Shown in pieces: positions 31,474-40,412 of a stretch of DNA of 64,000 nucleotides; the first letter of the stretch is position 1; the number at the start of each line of letters is the position of its first letter. The notes beneath the pieces were generated by a model. That model searched no databases and was not told the origin of the DNA. It saw only the letters and a program-made list of their open reading frames with translations. Where the stretch lies: NCBI GenBank assembly GCA_963677925.2, contig CAXXYH010000003.1:32001-96000 (forward strand), read 5' to 3'. Made by a program: the position numbers and the translations under genes. This stretch comes from Spirochaetia bacterium. GTDB taxonomy: Bacteria; Spirochaetota; Spirochaetia; UBA9216.

Positions 31474-32015
31474 AGATACTGCCTGTAATTATCAATACAG
31501 CTTTTTAGACGCTGACCGAGATATTCATGGAAAGCAGCAAGCTTTTCATAAATCAACTCTGCTTCCTGAAGATAGCTCAATTTTTCTTCAGGGGACCAAT
31601 GTGGGGGCGGTTCCTGTAAATTTGTAATACGGTCGCAAAGCTTTACCATTGCTGCAGATTTTCCAATAGACATTATACGTTCAAGAGAATCTTCCATCTG
31701 TTCAGTTTTTGATAAACCGCTTTTTTGTTTCTTGGTCAATGCTTTAACAGCAGCAGTTACCTCTGGACCGAACTCCTTTAAAAGTTCTTTTTCTGAAGTA
31801 TCGGTATCTTCGATGGTATCATGCAATAGAGCTGCCTGGATAACAACATCAGGGTTATCAGGAGCTTCTTTAAACATCGCCAGTCCTGCTTCTGCGGCAA
31901 CATTGCTGAGATGAACCACATAGGAGTAATTTTTACCCGGTACTTTCTGTTCTTTTTCTTCATGCTTTGCAGCGGCAAAATCAATTGCTTTTTGGTAACT
32001 CTCTTGTTTCCACAT
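31470..32015 (-). CDS. HD-domain small alarmone hydrolase (Mesh1/SpoT-like)
   Basis: YVVHLSNV, AALLHDTIEDT and VKLCDRITNL motifs. Confidence 0.85.
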   Translation of the reverse strand: MWKQESYQKAIDFAAAKHEEKEQKVPGKNYSYVVHLSNVAAEAGLAMFKEAPDNPDVVIQAALLHDTIEDTDTSEKELLKEFGPEVTAAVKALTKKQKSGLSKTEQMEDSLERIMSIGKSAAMVKLCDRITNLQEPPPHWSPEEKLSYLQEAELIYEKLAAFHEYLGQRLKSCIDNYRQYL

Positions 32016-32128
32016 GGCAAAACCCTTTTTTACACATAAATATTAGTAAAAGTATTCTAACAATTCCGGCCCGATTTCACAAGAAAGTAACTGTTGCAAA
32101 ATAAGCGCAATATACAACAAGAAAACTT

Positions 32129-32147
32129 AAAAAGTAGGGTAAACCCT
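32129..32147 (+). promoter_or_regulatory. 19-bp box upstream of xis (copy 2)
   Basis: AAAAAGTAGGGTAAACCCT; near-palindrome TAGGGTAAACCCTA. Confidence 0.7.
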
Positions 32148-32219
32148 ACCCTGCCAGTTGCGTTAAAAGCGGTAGATTGAAATACAGTCTATCGCTTTTT
32201 ATTTTCGAGGAGGTTTGAG

Positions 32220-32471
32220 ATGAAGGCATTATTGACTATTGAAGAAGCATCGGAACTTACGAAGCTGAGTATTAAAACCCTGTATAAATACGCGGAACGG
32301 GAAACTATCCCGCATATAAAACTCGGGCGCCGGGTTCTGTTCGACGAAGATGCTATTGAGGGATGGGTAAACAGCTATAGGGTTGCACCCGTGAGTGAGG
32401 CTGCGACGAAGCCTACCGCTGCGGTTGAAGCCAAGGAAGAGGCGTTGCAAGAAGCGGGAGAGCCGGTCTGA
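32220..32471 (+). CDS. Excisionase-like HTH_17 DNA-binding protein
   Basis: LLTIEEASELTKLSIKTLYKY..IPHIKLGRRVLF..IEGW; GGAGG RBS. Confidence 0.9.
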   Translation: MKALLTIEEASELTKLSIKTLYKYAERETIPHIKLGRRVLFDEDAIEGWVNSYRVAPVSEAATKPTAAVEAKEEALQEAGEPV

Positions 32472-32791
32472 TGAAGAAGAAATATCTTACCGTAGAAAAC
32501 ATTCGCGGTGCGCTGAAGTTCTTAAAGGCGCGACGGGAGCATGCTAAGACCACCGGCAATAGAAAATGTATTAAATCATGCAAGATCTCTATATGGGCTC
32601 TTTTCAGGGACTATATCCTATATTTATTTCTGCTGTTGAATCATTTTAAAGCAAGATCTGTTCAAAAGATAATTAACGTCATTATCAGGGAATCTCAATC
32701 TCACAACCTTCCAGGAATACAAAAGAATCAACCTGACGGTGCCAGCCGCCAGGTTAAAACGACTTACTTTGCCGTACTGGACAGGTGCTGA
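32471..32791 (+). CDS. Hypothetical basic protein coupled to xis
   Basis: Stop/start overlap with xis; the 3' end overlaps the convergent ORF. Confidence 0.45.
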   Translation: MKKKYLTVENIRGALKFLKARREHAKTTGNRKCIKSCKISIWALFRDYILYLFLLLNHFKARSVQKIINVIIRESQSHNLPGIQKNQPDGASRQVKTTYFAVLDRC

Positions 32792-33025
32792 ATCTGCAAC
32801 ACCGGCAATAACATTTGTAAGCGGACAAAGAGCACACCGCCGGTCTCTGCAATTGCTGCAGATGTTATTGCATTTCTTCATGGAGACAAAAGCTGCAACA
32901 GCGATATTCAGTGTCTGCGTCATTGGTTTGTTCAAGGCCCATGCGAGCCGCCTGAGAATGAAAGCCGTTTCGGAACTGATTTGGGGAGTATAAACTCTTT
33001 GTTTTGGTTGTTGATTCTGATACAT
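32624..33025 (-). CDS. Small mobile-element protein, RHH-like N-terminus with Cys cluster
   Basis: GGAGGT RBS; YTPQISS..LRRLAWALNKPMT..CNNICSNCRDRRCALC. Confidence 0.7.
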   Translation of the reverse strand: MYQNQQPKQRVYTPQISSETAFILRRLAWALNKPMTQTLNIAVAAFVSMKKCNNICSNCRDRRCALCPLTNVIAGVADSAPVQYGKVSRFNLAAGTVRLILLYSWKVVRLRFPDNDVNYLLNRSCFKMIQQQK

Positions 33026-33087
33026 AATGTACCTCCGTTTAGTGATTTGCTTTACGGACGAACAAAGGATTTACCTCCCTTGCTTGC

Positions 33088-33206
33088 CGCGCTTAACCGT
33101 TCTCGACCAGCCTTCATCAGGCCATGTCAAGGCCGACCGCAGGGAGCCCGCAGGGCCGAAGGGCCTTTACCTGGACAGATAAGGCGGTACAATGAGAGAC
33201 GTGCGG
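33088..33206. promoter_or_regulatory. Long imperfect hairpin, candidate Frpo-like single-stranded-DNA promoter
   Basis: Arms pair (GTCAAGGCC/GGCCTTTAC, GCCTT/AAGGC, TCTC/GAGA, CCGC/GCGG). TGTCAA at 33125-33130 lies opposite TTTACC-16-TACAAT (33166-33193). Confidence 0.6.
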
Positions 33207-33232
33207 AAACATTTCTTTTTAAAGGATTGTGT

Positions 33233-35632
33233 TTATATTATTTCTTGTTCAACTGAATAGCCTAATGCCTCATAGCCTTTCAGTCTTTTTGCATGCATTC
33301 TTGATAATACCGGGACATTTAGATCGGCGTAATCGTAAATCACAACATCGTCCTTGCCGTGATAATCTCTGTGCAATCTGCCGGCATATTGAGAGAGGGT
33401 TCCCCTCCATGAAACAGGAAAAGTCAATAATAAAGTATCCAGAAACGGCATATCAATTCCCTCACCGAGATATTTACCGGTAGAGAGGATTATTCTTGAG
33501 GTACCATCTTCTACCTGATTTATTTCATCAAATATCTTCTTCAGCTGTTTCTTACCTAACCCGCCTTTTAGAAGAAATAAATTATAATTCATCGGTTCGA
33601 GAAGATCATAGAGGGTATTGAGGTGTTCAATCCTTTCACTCAGTATAAGTATTTGCCTGCCAGTAGAAACAAGGGTTTTAACGTCTGAAATGATTTGATT
33701 GTTTCTAATTTCATCCGCACAAACAACCTTAAAGAGTTCCTGAATGCTGTAGTCAGCGTTCTTATTAATAGTAAACTTAGTCACACACACAATTATCCGG
33801 TGATCAAAATCCCGTTCCAAAGCCTGCTTTCTGGCATTTACCGAATATCTGATTTTACCAAGGTTCATAAATATGATCGGATGCTGGCCATCCTTCCGAT
33901 ATACCGTTGCAGATAACCCCATCTTATAAAAAGCATTGCTTTGCCTAATTGCCTGTTCAAATGAAAAAGCTGATATGTGATGGCATTCATCCACTATCAC
34001 CTGACCATAATGCTGAATCCAATCCGGAGTGATTCCGTTTCGTGAGACACTTTGAATAACGGCTATATCCAGTTTTCCATTTCTTTTCTTTTTGCCGCCA
34101 CCGAATTGTCCTACTTCTTTGGCGGGAATGTCGAAAAACTGACTAATTCGCTCCACCCATTGCTCCATCAGCTGTTTTCTGTGAACCAGAATCAGAGTAT
34201 TTACTTTTCTCTGAGCAATTAACCATAAGGCAATAACTGTTTTCCCGAATGCTGTCGTAGCAGACAGAACACCGGTTTCATTCTTTAATAACCCTTCAGC
34301 AGCTTTTATCTGTTCATCTTTAAGTTTCCCGGCAAATTTTACATCTATAGGAGTCCCATGATTTCTTTCGTCATTAGTTATGGGTTTAATATTATAGTGT
34401 TTCAGCAAATCCATAAGTTCATCGAGACAGCCAATCGGAATTGCTATATACTTCGGAAACTGTTCATATAGATATAAGATTCTTGGTTTATCCCATGTCG
34501 GTAGCCGCATTCGCTGGGCTTGATAAAACTCAGGATTAGAAAAGGATGCCAATCGAAGTATTCTGTTTATAATGATTGGCGGCAAACCTGAATAATCAAT
34601 AAAGATCTGATTTGACAATGTGATATCTATCTTATCCGGAATCATTTCATTAATTTCCGGGTAACGTATATGGTTTTTAATTTTCCAGGGAAGATCTTCA
34701 TCAACCTGACTACCGAAATCAGGTCCGACCGGTAGAAGTTCTCCGTTACTCTGTGCCCTTTGAACAAAATCCTCAATAAAACCTTTTTCAATCTTTTCTA
34801 TTCCTGAAAGGAATGTCCATTGATCCGGATAAGGAGTGAAATTCCTATCTAAGAATACAGAATGGTTTTTATCGCGGGCTTTTTTCTGTAACGGTAATGC
34901 AATAAGATTTCCAAAACCGCCGCGAGGGATTGTATCCTGATTGGGAAAAAAGCGATCAAATGAATCAAGACCAATTTCGGGCCGTATGTCGAGAGTCTTG
35001 GTTATCAGCGAGGAACCCAGCTTTCTGGCAAGCGAGGCTTCTACCCTTTCTTTGAAAAATAGCCATACATGACCTCCGTTACCGGATCTGGATCTTTCAA
35101 GATAGGCAGGAACATCTTCAGCCGCACAAGTATCAAGAAAAGCGCAGGAATCAAGCTTCCATTGTTCTTTATCGAAATCCAATGCCAGAAACCAGCAAGT
35201 TTCATCTTTTAAAAGTGGATATACACCCATCACAAACGGCTTTGATTTCTTCTCACCCATCAAATGAGCTCTTATCTCTTCATCAGTTAATTCTAAATAT
35301 GCCTTGTTAGGGCAATCCCGACATTTCTTTTGGGGTTTTCCGCATAAGCCAAGTACCCATTCATTTCTACATGCCGGCTGATAACCAGTTTTACCGGTTT
35401 TTTTGCTTTCGAACCTGCGCGCAAAGACATCCTCTCTGCCGCGAAATAATGAACGAAACAGCTTTATCTTTTCTTCGGGAGATGAAGTATTTGAAATAGT
35501 AGATTGTTTCTCCGATATCTGCTCCGGAATAGTTTGCAGCAAAGCTAACTCTTCCTTTTTTAGGTTCAGCACTGCTTCAAGTTGTGAAATCTCAGACTGC
35601 AGTTTATTTATTTTATCAGCAGGATTTTCCAT
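33233..35632 (-). CDS. AEP-primase (TOTE-type) domain fused to an SF2 DEAD/DEAH helicase
   Basis: LFRSLFRGREDVFARR, LALDFD, ERSRSGNGGHVW; TAFGKT, DECH, SAT and QYAGRLHR motifs. Confidence 0.85.
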   Translation of the reverse strand: MENPADKINKLQSEISQLEAVLNLKKEELALLQTIPEQISEKQSTISNTSSPEEKIKLFRSLFRGREDVFARRFESKKTGKTGYQPACRNEWVLGLCGKPQKKCRDCPNKAYLELTDEEIRAHLMGEKKSKPFVMGVYPLLKDETCWFLALDFDKEQWKLDSCAFLDTCAAEDVPAYLERSRSGNGGHVWLFFKERVEASLARKLGSSLITKTLDIRPEIGLDSFDRFFPNQDTIPRGGFGNLIALPLQKKARDKNHSVFLDRNFTPYPDQWTFLSGIEKIEKGFIEDFVQRAQSNGELLPVGPDFGSQVDEDLPWKIKNHIRYPEINEMIPDKIDITLSNQIFIDYSGLPPIIINRILRLASFSNPEFYQAQRMRLPTWDKPRILYLYEQFPKYIAIPIGCLDELMDLLKHYNIKPITNDERNHGTPIDVKFAGKLKDEQIKAAEGLLKNETGVLSATTAFGKTVIALWLIAQRKVNTLILVHRKQLMEQWVERISQFFDIPAKEVGQFGGGKKKRNGKLDIAVIQSVSRNGITPDWIQHYGQVIVDECHHISAFSFEQAIRQSNAFYKMGLSATVYRKDGQHPIIFMNLGKIRYSVNARKQALERDFDHRIIVCVTKFTINKNADYSIQELFKVVCADEIRNNQIISDVKTLVSTGRQILILSERIEHLNTLYDLLEPMNYNLFLLKGGLGKKQLKKIFDEINQVEDGTSRIILSTGKYLGEGIDMPFLDTLLLTFPVSWRGTLSQYAGRLHRDYHGKDDVVIYDYADLNVPVLSRMHAKRLKGYEALGYSVEQEII

Positions 35633-35785
35633 TGCTTTTTGATGATAACCTATAGTAGAAGTACTGTTAAGCGTCTCGCAAGAGACAATATATGATGAAA
35701 AAATCTATCAAATCAGTTATAATCCACATATGATATCTAAAAAATGTATGTATATATTCCAAGTTGAACATAAAAGGCAAAATAC

Positions 35786-38700
35786 TTGAGCATAGCCGGA
35801 GTTCATTCAAACAGGGGCGATATATACCAAACTCTGATCGCATTTGACTGGGCCATAAAAGTATTTTCTGACCCGTCCTTTCAATGGCTCGAAGTAGATT
35901 CGATATTATTCCCGGAGGTTGATGATGTAGTTATAGGAAAGACAGATGGAACATTAATCTGTTGTCAGTGTAAAAAGAATCAATCGGACTTCAAAGCCTG
36001 GTCTTTTTCTGACTTAAAAAATGAGTTGGAAAAGACAATTAATCTACTCTGCACCAATGAAATGGCTACAGCACATTTTTATTCCCGCGATTCCTTTGGC
36101 GGTATGGCCAATTTAAGAGACTACATTGATATCCAATCAGACAAGGGGAATTATTATAAAAATCTATCTCAGAAATTACAAAAAGTAGATTCTGATTTAA
36201 ACGATCTTATAACCGAACAAGGATACAACTTTTCATCATATGATTTAATAAAGCGTATAACATTTGAAACTACCTTTGGATTCGAGAAGTTGGAAGATCT
36301 TTTAAGGGAAAGATTAAATGCCATAGTCAGCAATTCTGACAACGCCTATAATGCCCTTTGGACACGTCTTGCTCACCTTGGCGGATGCATGGGCGGGGAT
36401 TTAGCATCCGGTTCAAACAACGCCCGGTTAACTAAAGAGGATCTAAACAAAATTCTTATTGAAGCAGGAGCAATAAAAGCCCCGATTGTTGATATCAAAG
36501 AAGCCAAAATGTCCTTTTTACGTGCGTCCTCAATCGGCCGGAACTGGCAGCGAGATATTGCCGGCAAAACTATACCTATGCCGATAATTGATGATTTGTT
36601 ATCCGCTATCAGTGAAAAGAAAAAATCAATTCTGCTTACAGGAGCCCCTGGCTCCGGAAAAACCTGTGTGCTTCTTTCGCTTATGGAAAAATTAGAGGGA
36701 CTTTATAAAAATAGATCTGATATTGTTCCCATATTTATCCAGTCCCGGGAATTTGCTGATTTAAAGAGCCAAATAGATCGTGAAGCTCAAGGATTTCCAA
36801 AACAATTCTTCGAAACAACTGCTCGTTTAGCTGAAGAGTCGCATGTAATAGTGATTATTGATTCCCTTGATGTCCTTTCAATTTCGAGGGAACATTCAGC
36901 TTTAACATTTTTTCTATCACAAATAGACCAACTGCTACAGATTTCAAATGTTTCTATTGTCACTGCATGTCGTAATTTTGACAGACAATATGATTATAGA
37001 ATTGCTGTAAGAAATTGGGAATATGAGCTTGAATGTCCGCCTCTGGATTGGGGCAGTCAGATTGTGCCTTTACTTGAAGCCGTGGGCATTGCTCCGGAAG
37101 AAATTGATAAAAATACACATGAGCTAATTTTAAACCCGCGAGAACTTGATTTATATGTAACGCTTGTAAAAAAGGAAGGGAATGTAAGTTCCGTTACCAG
37201 CCAGGATCTGGCGCAACGTTATCTGGAAGCCGTTATTAGTACTGATCCTCATTTAGGGAGACCTGCACTGGAGGCGGTTGAGGACATCGCAGATGAGATG
37301 TTAAAAAATCGCAGCCTCGTTGTCCCTGTTCAAAGATTTAAAGGATCGGAGTTTTTACCGAACTTGCGAAGCGCAAACATACTACGGGAAAAAGATGGGG
37401 GACTCTCGTTCGGTCATCAAACCCTGCTGGATGTATTGGTTATAAGCAGAGCCATACATAACGGCATTACCCTAAGCGAGTTTATTGAAAACCTCCCTCC
37501 TGTTCCGTTTGTTAGACCGAGCATCAGAAGCTTTGTTGCTCACCTTGCGAGTGGAAATCGAAAAACATTTAGAAAACAGATTAGGGCGGTGCTTACAAGT
37601 AGTAGTGCTTTTCATATACGGCGTCTTATTGCTGAATCAGTAGCGGAACAGATTCCGACTGACGATGATTGGCCTTTAATACGAGATCTGAAAATAAATC
37701 ATAATGAAGTTTTTCAGGTTATCTATATGAAAACACAGAAGATAGAGTGGCTTGATTTCTGGGATAGAAACCTTGTTCCAATGTTGACTACAACAAACGA
37801 TTACGAAGGGCTCGTATCTCATGCATATAAAATTTCAATTTGGGAAAATAACTCTCCTGAAAAAGTTATTAACTTCTGGATGGAACTTCTGAAAATGCAG
37901 ACTGATAACGAAGAACGTATTAGAACTCAAATTGAAATTTATCTTTCGGATATAAGAATTGAATATTCAAAATACATAGTTCCAATATTAGAAATCTTAA
38001 TAGATAAACCAAAATCGCAACATAATTTCTTAGGACGTAGTATAGCAAAGTGTGTTCACACAGGAGTTATAAATGATTCGCTACTTTGGAAATATATTTC
38101 CGGTGATGTTACTGATGAAGATGTAAGAAATAATCATTTCAATAAAAAATTATTCTGCGCTTATCATCATTTTGGAGATAAGGATAAAGACTTTCTTAGC
38201 GATAGAATGAAACATTCTGAAAATCTATTGGATCTTGCTATCACCTCAATTTTAGAATGGAATAAAATCAAATATCATGAATTTGGAAGAACCGGTTTCA
38301 ACTTTACAAATGGCTTTCTCTCCTATACTTCTTATGAAATGGTTCACACAAAACATGATACATATCCAGTTGATGACGAAACAATACTCTTCAAAGCTGT
38401 AGAGGTGGCCATATTTTATCATGCAGAGAACCATTCTGATTGGTGGAAGAATAATAGTGAATCCATTGCGTTCTGTAATGAAACGGCTTTACGCTATTTT
38501 ATTATTATTGCATGTACTCGTTTCCCTGAATTCAATATGGAATTAATTGGACGAATTCTAACTGATAAAGAATTGCTGGAATCAGAATTATCATATGAAT
38601 TAGGCTGCTTGATAAAAAAATCCTTTGTTTATCTCACCTCTGATATTCAACATGAAATTATTGAAATAGTTTCAAATATTCATAGTGACTATCTGTCTGA

Positions 38701-40339
38701 TGAAGAAAATAAACAGTGGGTCGAACGGAATCGAGCAGAAATGTTTAAAACTATCCCCTGTCATTTGCGCTCACCTGAAGCTCAAAGGCTATTAGATAGT
38801 TTTGAGAATATGAACGGTACATTGCATATTCAACCCCGGTTACATGCATGGGGAGGATTAGTTTCTGCTCCTTTTTCATATACCGCATTCCTTACTCTAT
38901 CTGATGATGCAATTGTTTGTATATTAAAACACTATACAGAATATAAAAGAGATCTTCATGATTATCCTCGTGGAGGGAGTACTGAGGTCAGTAGCCAATT
39001 ACGCGAAGCTGCATCAAGATCCCCGTCAAAATTCTTAAATATTTTGAAAAAATATCGTAATATAATTGGTAAAGCTTTTTGTGAAAACATTATTGATGGA
39101 ATATCGAATTATCTGGCCTACCAGTATGGTAATCTGACACCAAACAAGAACTGGGAACCTCTTGAACAAACTGATTCTGCTATTCTTGTTCACGATATTC
39201 TTACTGAACTTGAAACACAATCGGGCTCCTGGAATAAAGACCATTCGGCATCAAATGCCTTGCAAGCCTGTGCTCATGTTGTAGATAATAAAGAAGATGG
39301 AGAACGGATAGTTTTCTTAAGCTTGGGATTTAAATTTATACAAGAATATCATGATTCGAAAGATGATTATAGCGACCTTATTAATGTTGGCATCAATATG
39401 AGCAGAGGTCATGTTGCAGAAGCTTTAATAATCATTGCAAATAGATTCACTGAAAAAGGCATTCTACTACCCGAATTGCTTGTTCCTGCCCTATTCCATT
39501 TTTCTAATGATGATCATCCGGCAGTACGGGCAGTTATATTGCGCAGGCTACCTTATCTTTTATATTACAGACCTGATCTTGGCTGGGATTTACTAGAATC
39601 TTTACTACAGGCTTCAGAAGGCTTATGGCCGTTAGCTGAATCATGTCTATATCAAATGTACCATAAAAATTTCGATAAGGTCGGTCCATTGCTGGACAGA
39701 ATTCTGAAAGAGGGAAAGGAAAAAGATTTTGAAACCTGGGGAAGGATTTCTGCGCTTGCTGCAATAGGTAATTTCATAGACATAAATGACTTTATCAGAA
39801 ACCTGGAAAAACTGAACAGTTCCGAAGCATGGGATGGAGCACTAATGGTTTGGACACATTCCGGCAATTTCAAACAGAAAAAAGAGAGTTGCCTTTTAGG
39901 AATACGTGCAGGATTTACTTCAAATATGTCAATAATTACTACACAGAATGTTACTAAGATGTTCCTTAATAAGGATTTCGTATTTATACCTATGGACATC
40001 ATTGAAGCATGCCTTACAGTTGCCGCTGAGAATGATAAAGAACAAAACATGATCCATGGGTTGGAAGAATGGCTGAATACCCTATCACAATATTATCCGG
40101 AGCAGGCGTTAGATGGTATTGAGGCTTATGTTAAATATGCAAAACAGGCGTTTCCGTACATGCTTGACTATAAGAATAACCTTACCCAGCTGATGACCAG
40201 ACTCTTTGCAGAGGCGGAGGAAAAAGAAGAATCTGATAATGGAGATATGCTTCTTAGAGTTGTATCTGTACAGGACAGATTATTATCACTAGGAATTAAC
40301 GGCATCCAGGAATGGCTCGAGGCTGCTGAACGGCCATAA
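35786..40339 (+). CDS. Avs (AVAST)-like STAND NTPase with N-terminal PD-(D/E)xK-type nuclease
   Basis: 1517 aa; NRGDIYQ..VDDVV..CQCK nuclease motif, GAPGSGKT, IIDSLD, and a long helical C-terminus. Confidence 0.75.
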   Translation: MSIAGVHSNRGDIYQTLIAFDWAIKVFSDPSFQWLEVDSILFPEVDDVVIGKTDGTLICCQCKKNQSDFKAWSFSDLKNELEKTINLLCTNEMATAHFYSRDSFGGMANLRDYIDIQSDKGNYYKNLSQKLQKVDSDLNDLITEQGYNFSSYDLIKRITFETTFGFEKLEDLLRERLNAIVSNSDNAYNALWTRLAHLGGCMGGDLASGSNNARLTKEDLNKILIEAGAIKAPIVDIKEAKMSFLRASSIGRNWQRDIAGKTIPMPIIDDLLSAISEKKKSILLTGAPGSGKTCVLLSLMEKLEGLYKNRSDIVPIFIQSREFADLKSQIDREAQGFPKQFFETTARLAEESHVIVIIDSLDVLSISREHSALTFFLSQIDQLLQISNVSIVTACRNFDRQYDYRIAVRNWEYELECPPLDWGSQIVPLLEAVGIAPEEIDKNTHELILNPRELDLYVTLVKKEGNVSSVTSQDLAQRYLEAVISTDPHLGRPALEAVEDIADEMLKNRSLVVPVQRFKGSEFLPNLRSANILREKDGGLSFGHQTLLDVLVISRAIHNGITLSEFIENLPPVPFVRPSIRSFVAHLASGNRKTFRKQIRAVLTSSSAFHIRRLIAESVAEQIPTDDDWPLIRDLKINHNEVFQVIYMKTQKIEWLDFWDRNLVPMLTTTNDYEGLVSHAYKISIWENNSPEKVINFWMELLKMQTDNEERIRTQIEIYLSDIRIEYSKYIVPILEILIDKPKSQHNFLGRSIAKCVHTGVINDSLLWKYISGDVTDEDVRNNHFNKKLFCAYHHFGDKDKDFLSDRMKHSENLLDLAITSILEWNKIKYHEFGRTGFNFTNGFLSYTSYEMVHTKHDTYPVDDETILFKAVEVAIFYHAENHSDWWKNNSESIAFCNETALRYFIIIACTRFPEFNMELIGRILTDKELLESELSYELGCLIKKSFVYLTSDIQHEIIEIVSNIHSDYLSDEENKQWVERNRAEMFKTIPCHLRSPEAQRLLDSFENMNGTLHIQPRLHAWGGLVSAPFSYTAFLTLSDDAIVCILKHYTEYKRDLHDYPRGGSTEVSSQLREAASRSPSKFLNILKKYRNIIGKAFCENIIDGISNYLAYQYGNLTPNKNWEPLEQTDSAILVHDILTELETQSGSWNKDHSASNALQACAHVVDNKEDGERIVFLSLGFKFIQEYHDSKDDYSDLINVGINMSRGHVAEALIIIANRFTEKGILLPELLVPALFHFSNDDHPAVRAVILRRLPYLLYYRPDLGWDLLESLLQASEGLWPLAESCLYQMYHKNFDKVGPLLDRILKEGKEKDFETWGRISALAAIGNFIDINDFIRNLEKLNSSEAWDGALMVWTHSGNFKQKKESCLLGIRAGFTSNMSIITTQNVTKMFLNKDFVFIPMDIIEACLTVAAENDKEQNMIHGLEEWLNTLSQYYPEQALDGIEAYVKYAKQAFPYMLDYKNNLTQLMTRLFAEAEEKEESDNGDMLLRVVSVQDRLLSLGINGIQEWLEAAERP

Positions 40340-40358
40340 CTAAATTGCCGGCGCTCAT

Positions 40359-40371
40359 ATTTTCACCGACG
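40359..40371 (+). repeat. 13-bp direct repeat, left of the R-M module
   Basis: ATTTTCACCGACG, identical at 48437-48449. Confidence 0.75.
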
Positions 40372-40412
40372 ACTTAGAAAAATCTGATTAAGGCATCTGT
40401 CTTTCAATAAAA

